DNA of 64,000 nucleotides from Candidatus Woesearchaeota archaeon (GTDB lineage Archaea; Nanobdellota; Nanobdellia; SCGC-AAA011-G17; PNOQ01): NCBI GenBank assembly GCA_043812195.1, contig JBDRML010000045.1, positions 972 to 64,971 of the forward strand, read 5' to 3'. Shown piece by piece: positions 63,884 to 64,000 of this stretch (position 1 is its first letter; each line of letters starts with the position of its first letter). The notes under the pieces were generated by a model. It saw only the letters and a program-made list of their open reading frames with translations, ran no database searches and was not told where the DNA came from. The position numbers and the translations under genes were made by a program.

Positions 63884-64000
63884 TTAACTAATACTCCTAT
63901 TTGTCAATAACTCTTCAACTTTTTTAACAATGTCTTTAAGAATAGTTTCCTTATCTTTCTCAGCATCAATCAAATTAAGATCAGAATATTCTTGAATTAA
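63884..64000 (-). CDS. C-terminal fragment of an unidentified CDS; the start lies beyond the window end
   Basis: Open frame ...LIQEYSDLNLIDAEKDKETILKDIVKKVEELLTNRSIS* on the minus strand runs off the window end. Confidence 0.3.
   Translation of the reverse strand, partial: LIQEYSDLNLIDAEKDKETILKDIVKKVEELLTNRSIS

Overview
AT-rich (~30% GC) archaeal chromosomal segment, by inference a small-genome DPANN-like archaeon. Evidence for an archaeal origin: archaeal RNAP subunits Rpo7 and Spt4, S24e/S27ae, thermosome, proteasome beta, aCPSF1, NAC, Sec61beta, an archaeal-type 16S start and a 16S-tRNAAla-23S operon. Housekeeping genes (gyrA/gyrB, acs, a two-subunit OFOR, hisS, the cca gene, HtpX, MinD, ScpA) are interspersed with accessory material. 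(1) An ~11.9 kb integrated plasmid/provirus-like element at 40.6-52.5 kb carries a tyrosine integrase, a serine recombinase, a D5-like primase-helicase, iterons, HNH nucleases, small AbrB/RHH regulators and a GC-rich structured RNA candidate. It is flanked by 14-bp direct repeats and is apparently inserted into the 3' end of the RNase P RNA gene. (2) A LAGLIDADG homing-endonuclease ORF begins with a diverged duplicate of the GyrB N-terminus and sits directly upstream of, and overlapping, gyrB. (3) A tRNA-His(GUG) with a 15-nt T-loop intron lies next to hisS. (4) The 23S rRNA contains two introns, one encoding an I-CreI-like single-motif LAGLIDADG protein at the position-2593-equivalent site. 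(5) A signal-peptide RHS-core polymorphic toxin. (6) Two HEPN/MNT toxin-antitoxin pairs, a PIN gene next to a RelE-like pseudogene, an IS-type transposase and GC-rich islands suggesting horizontal acquisition. No CRISPR array is present.
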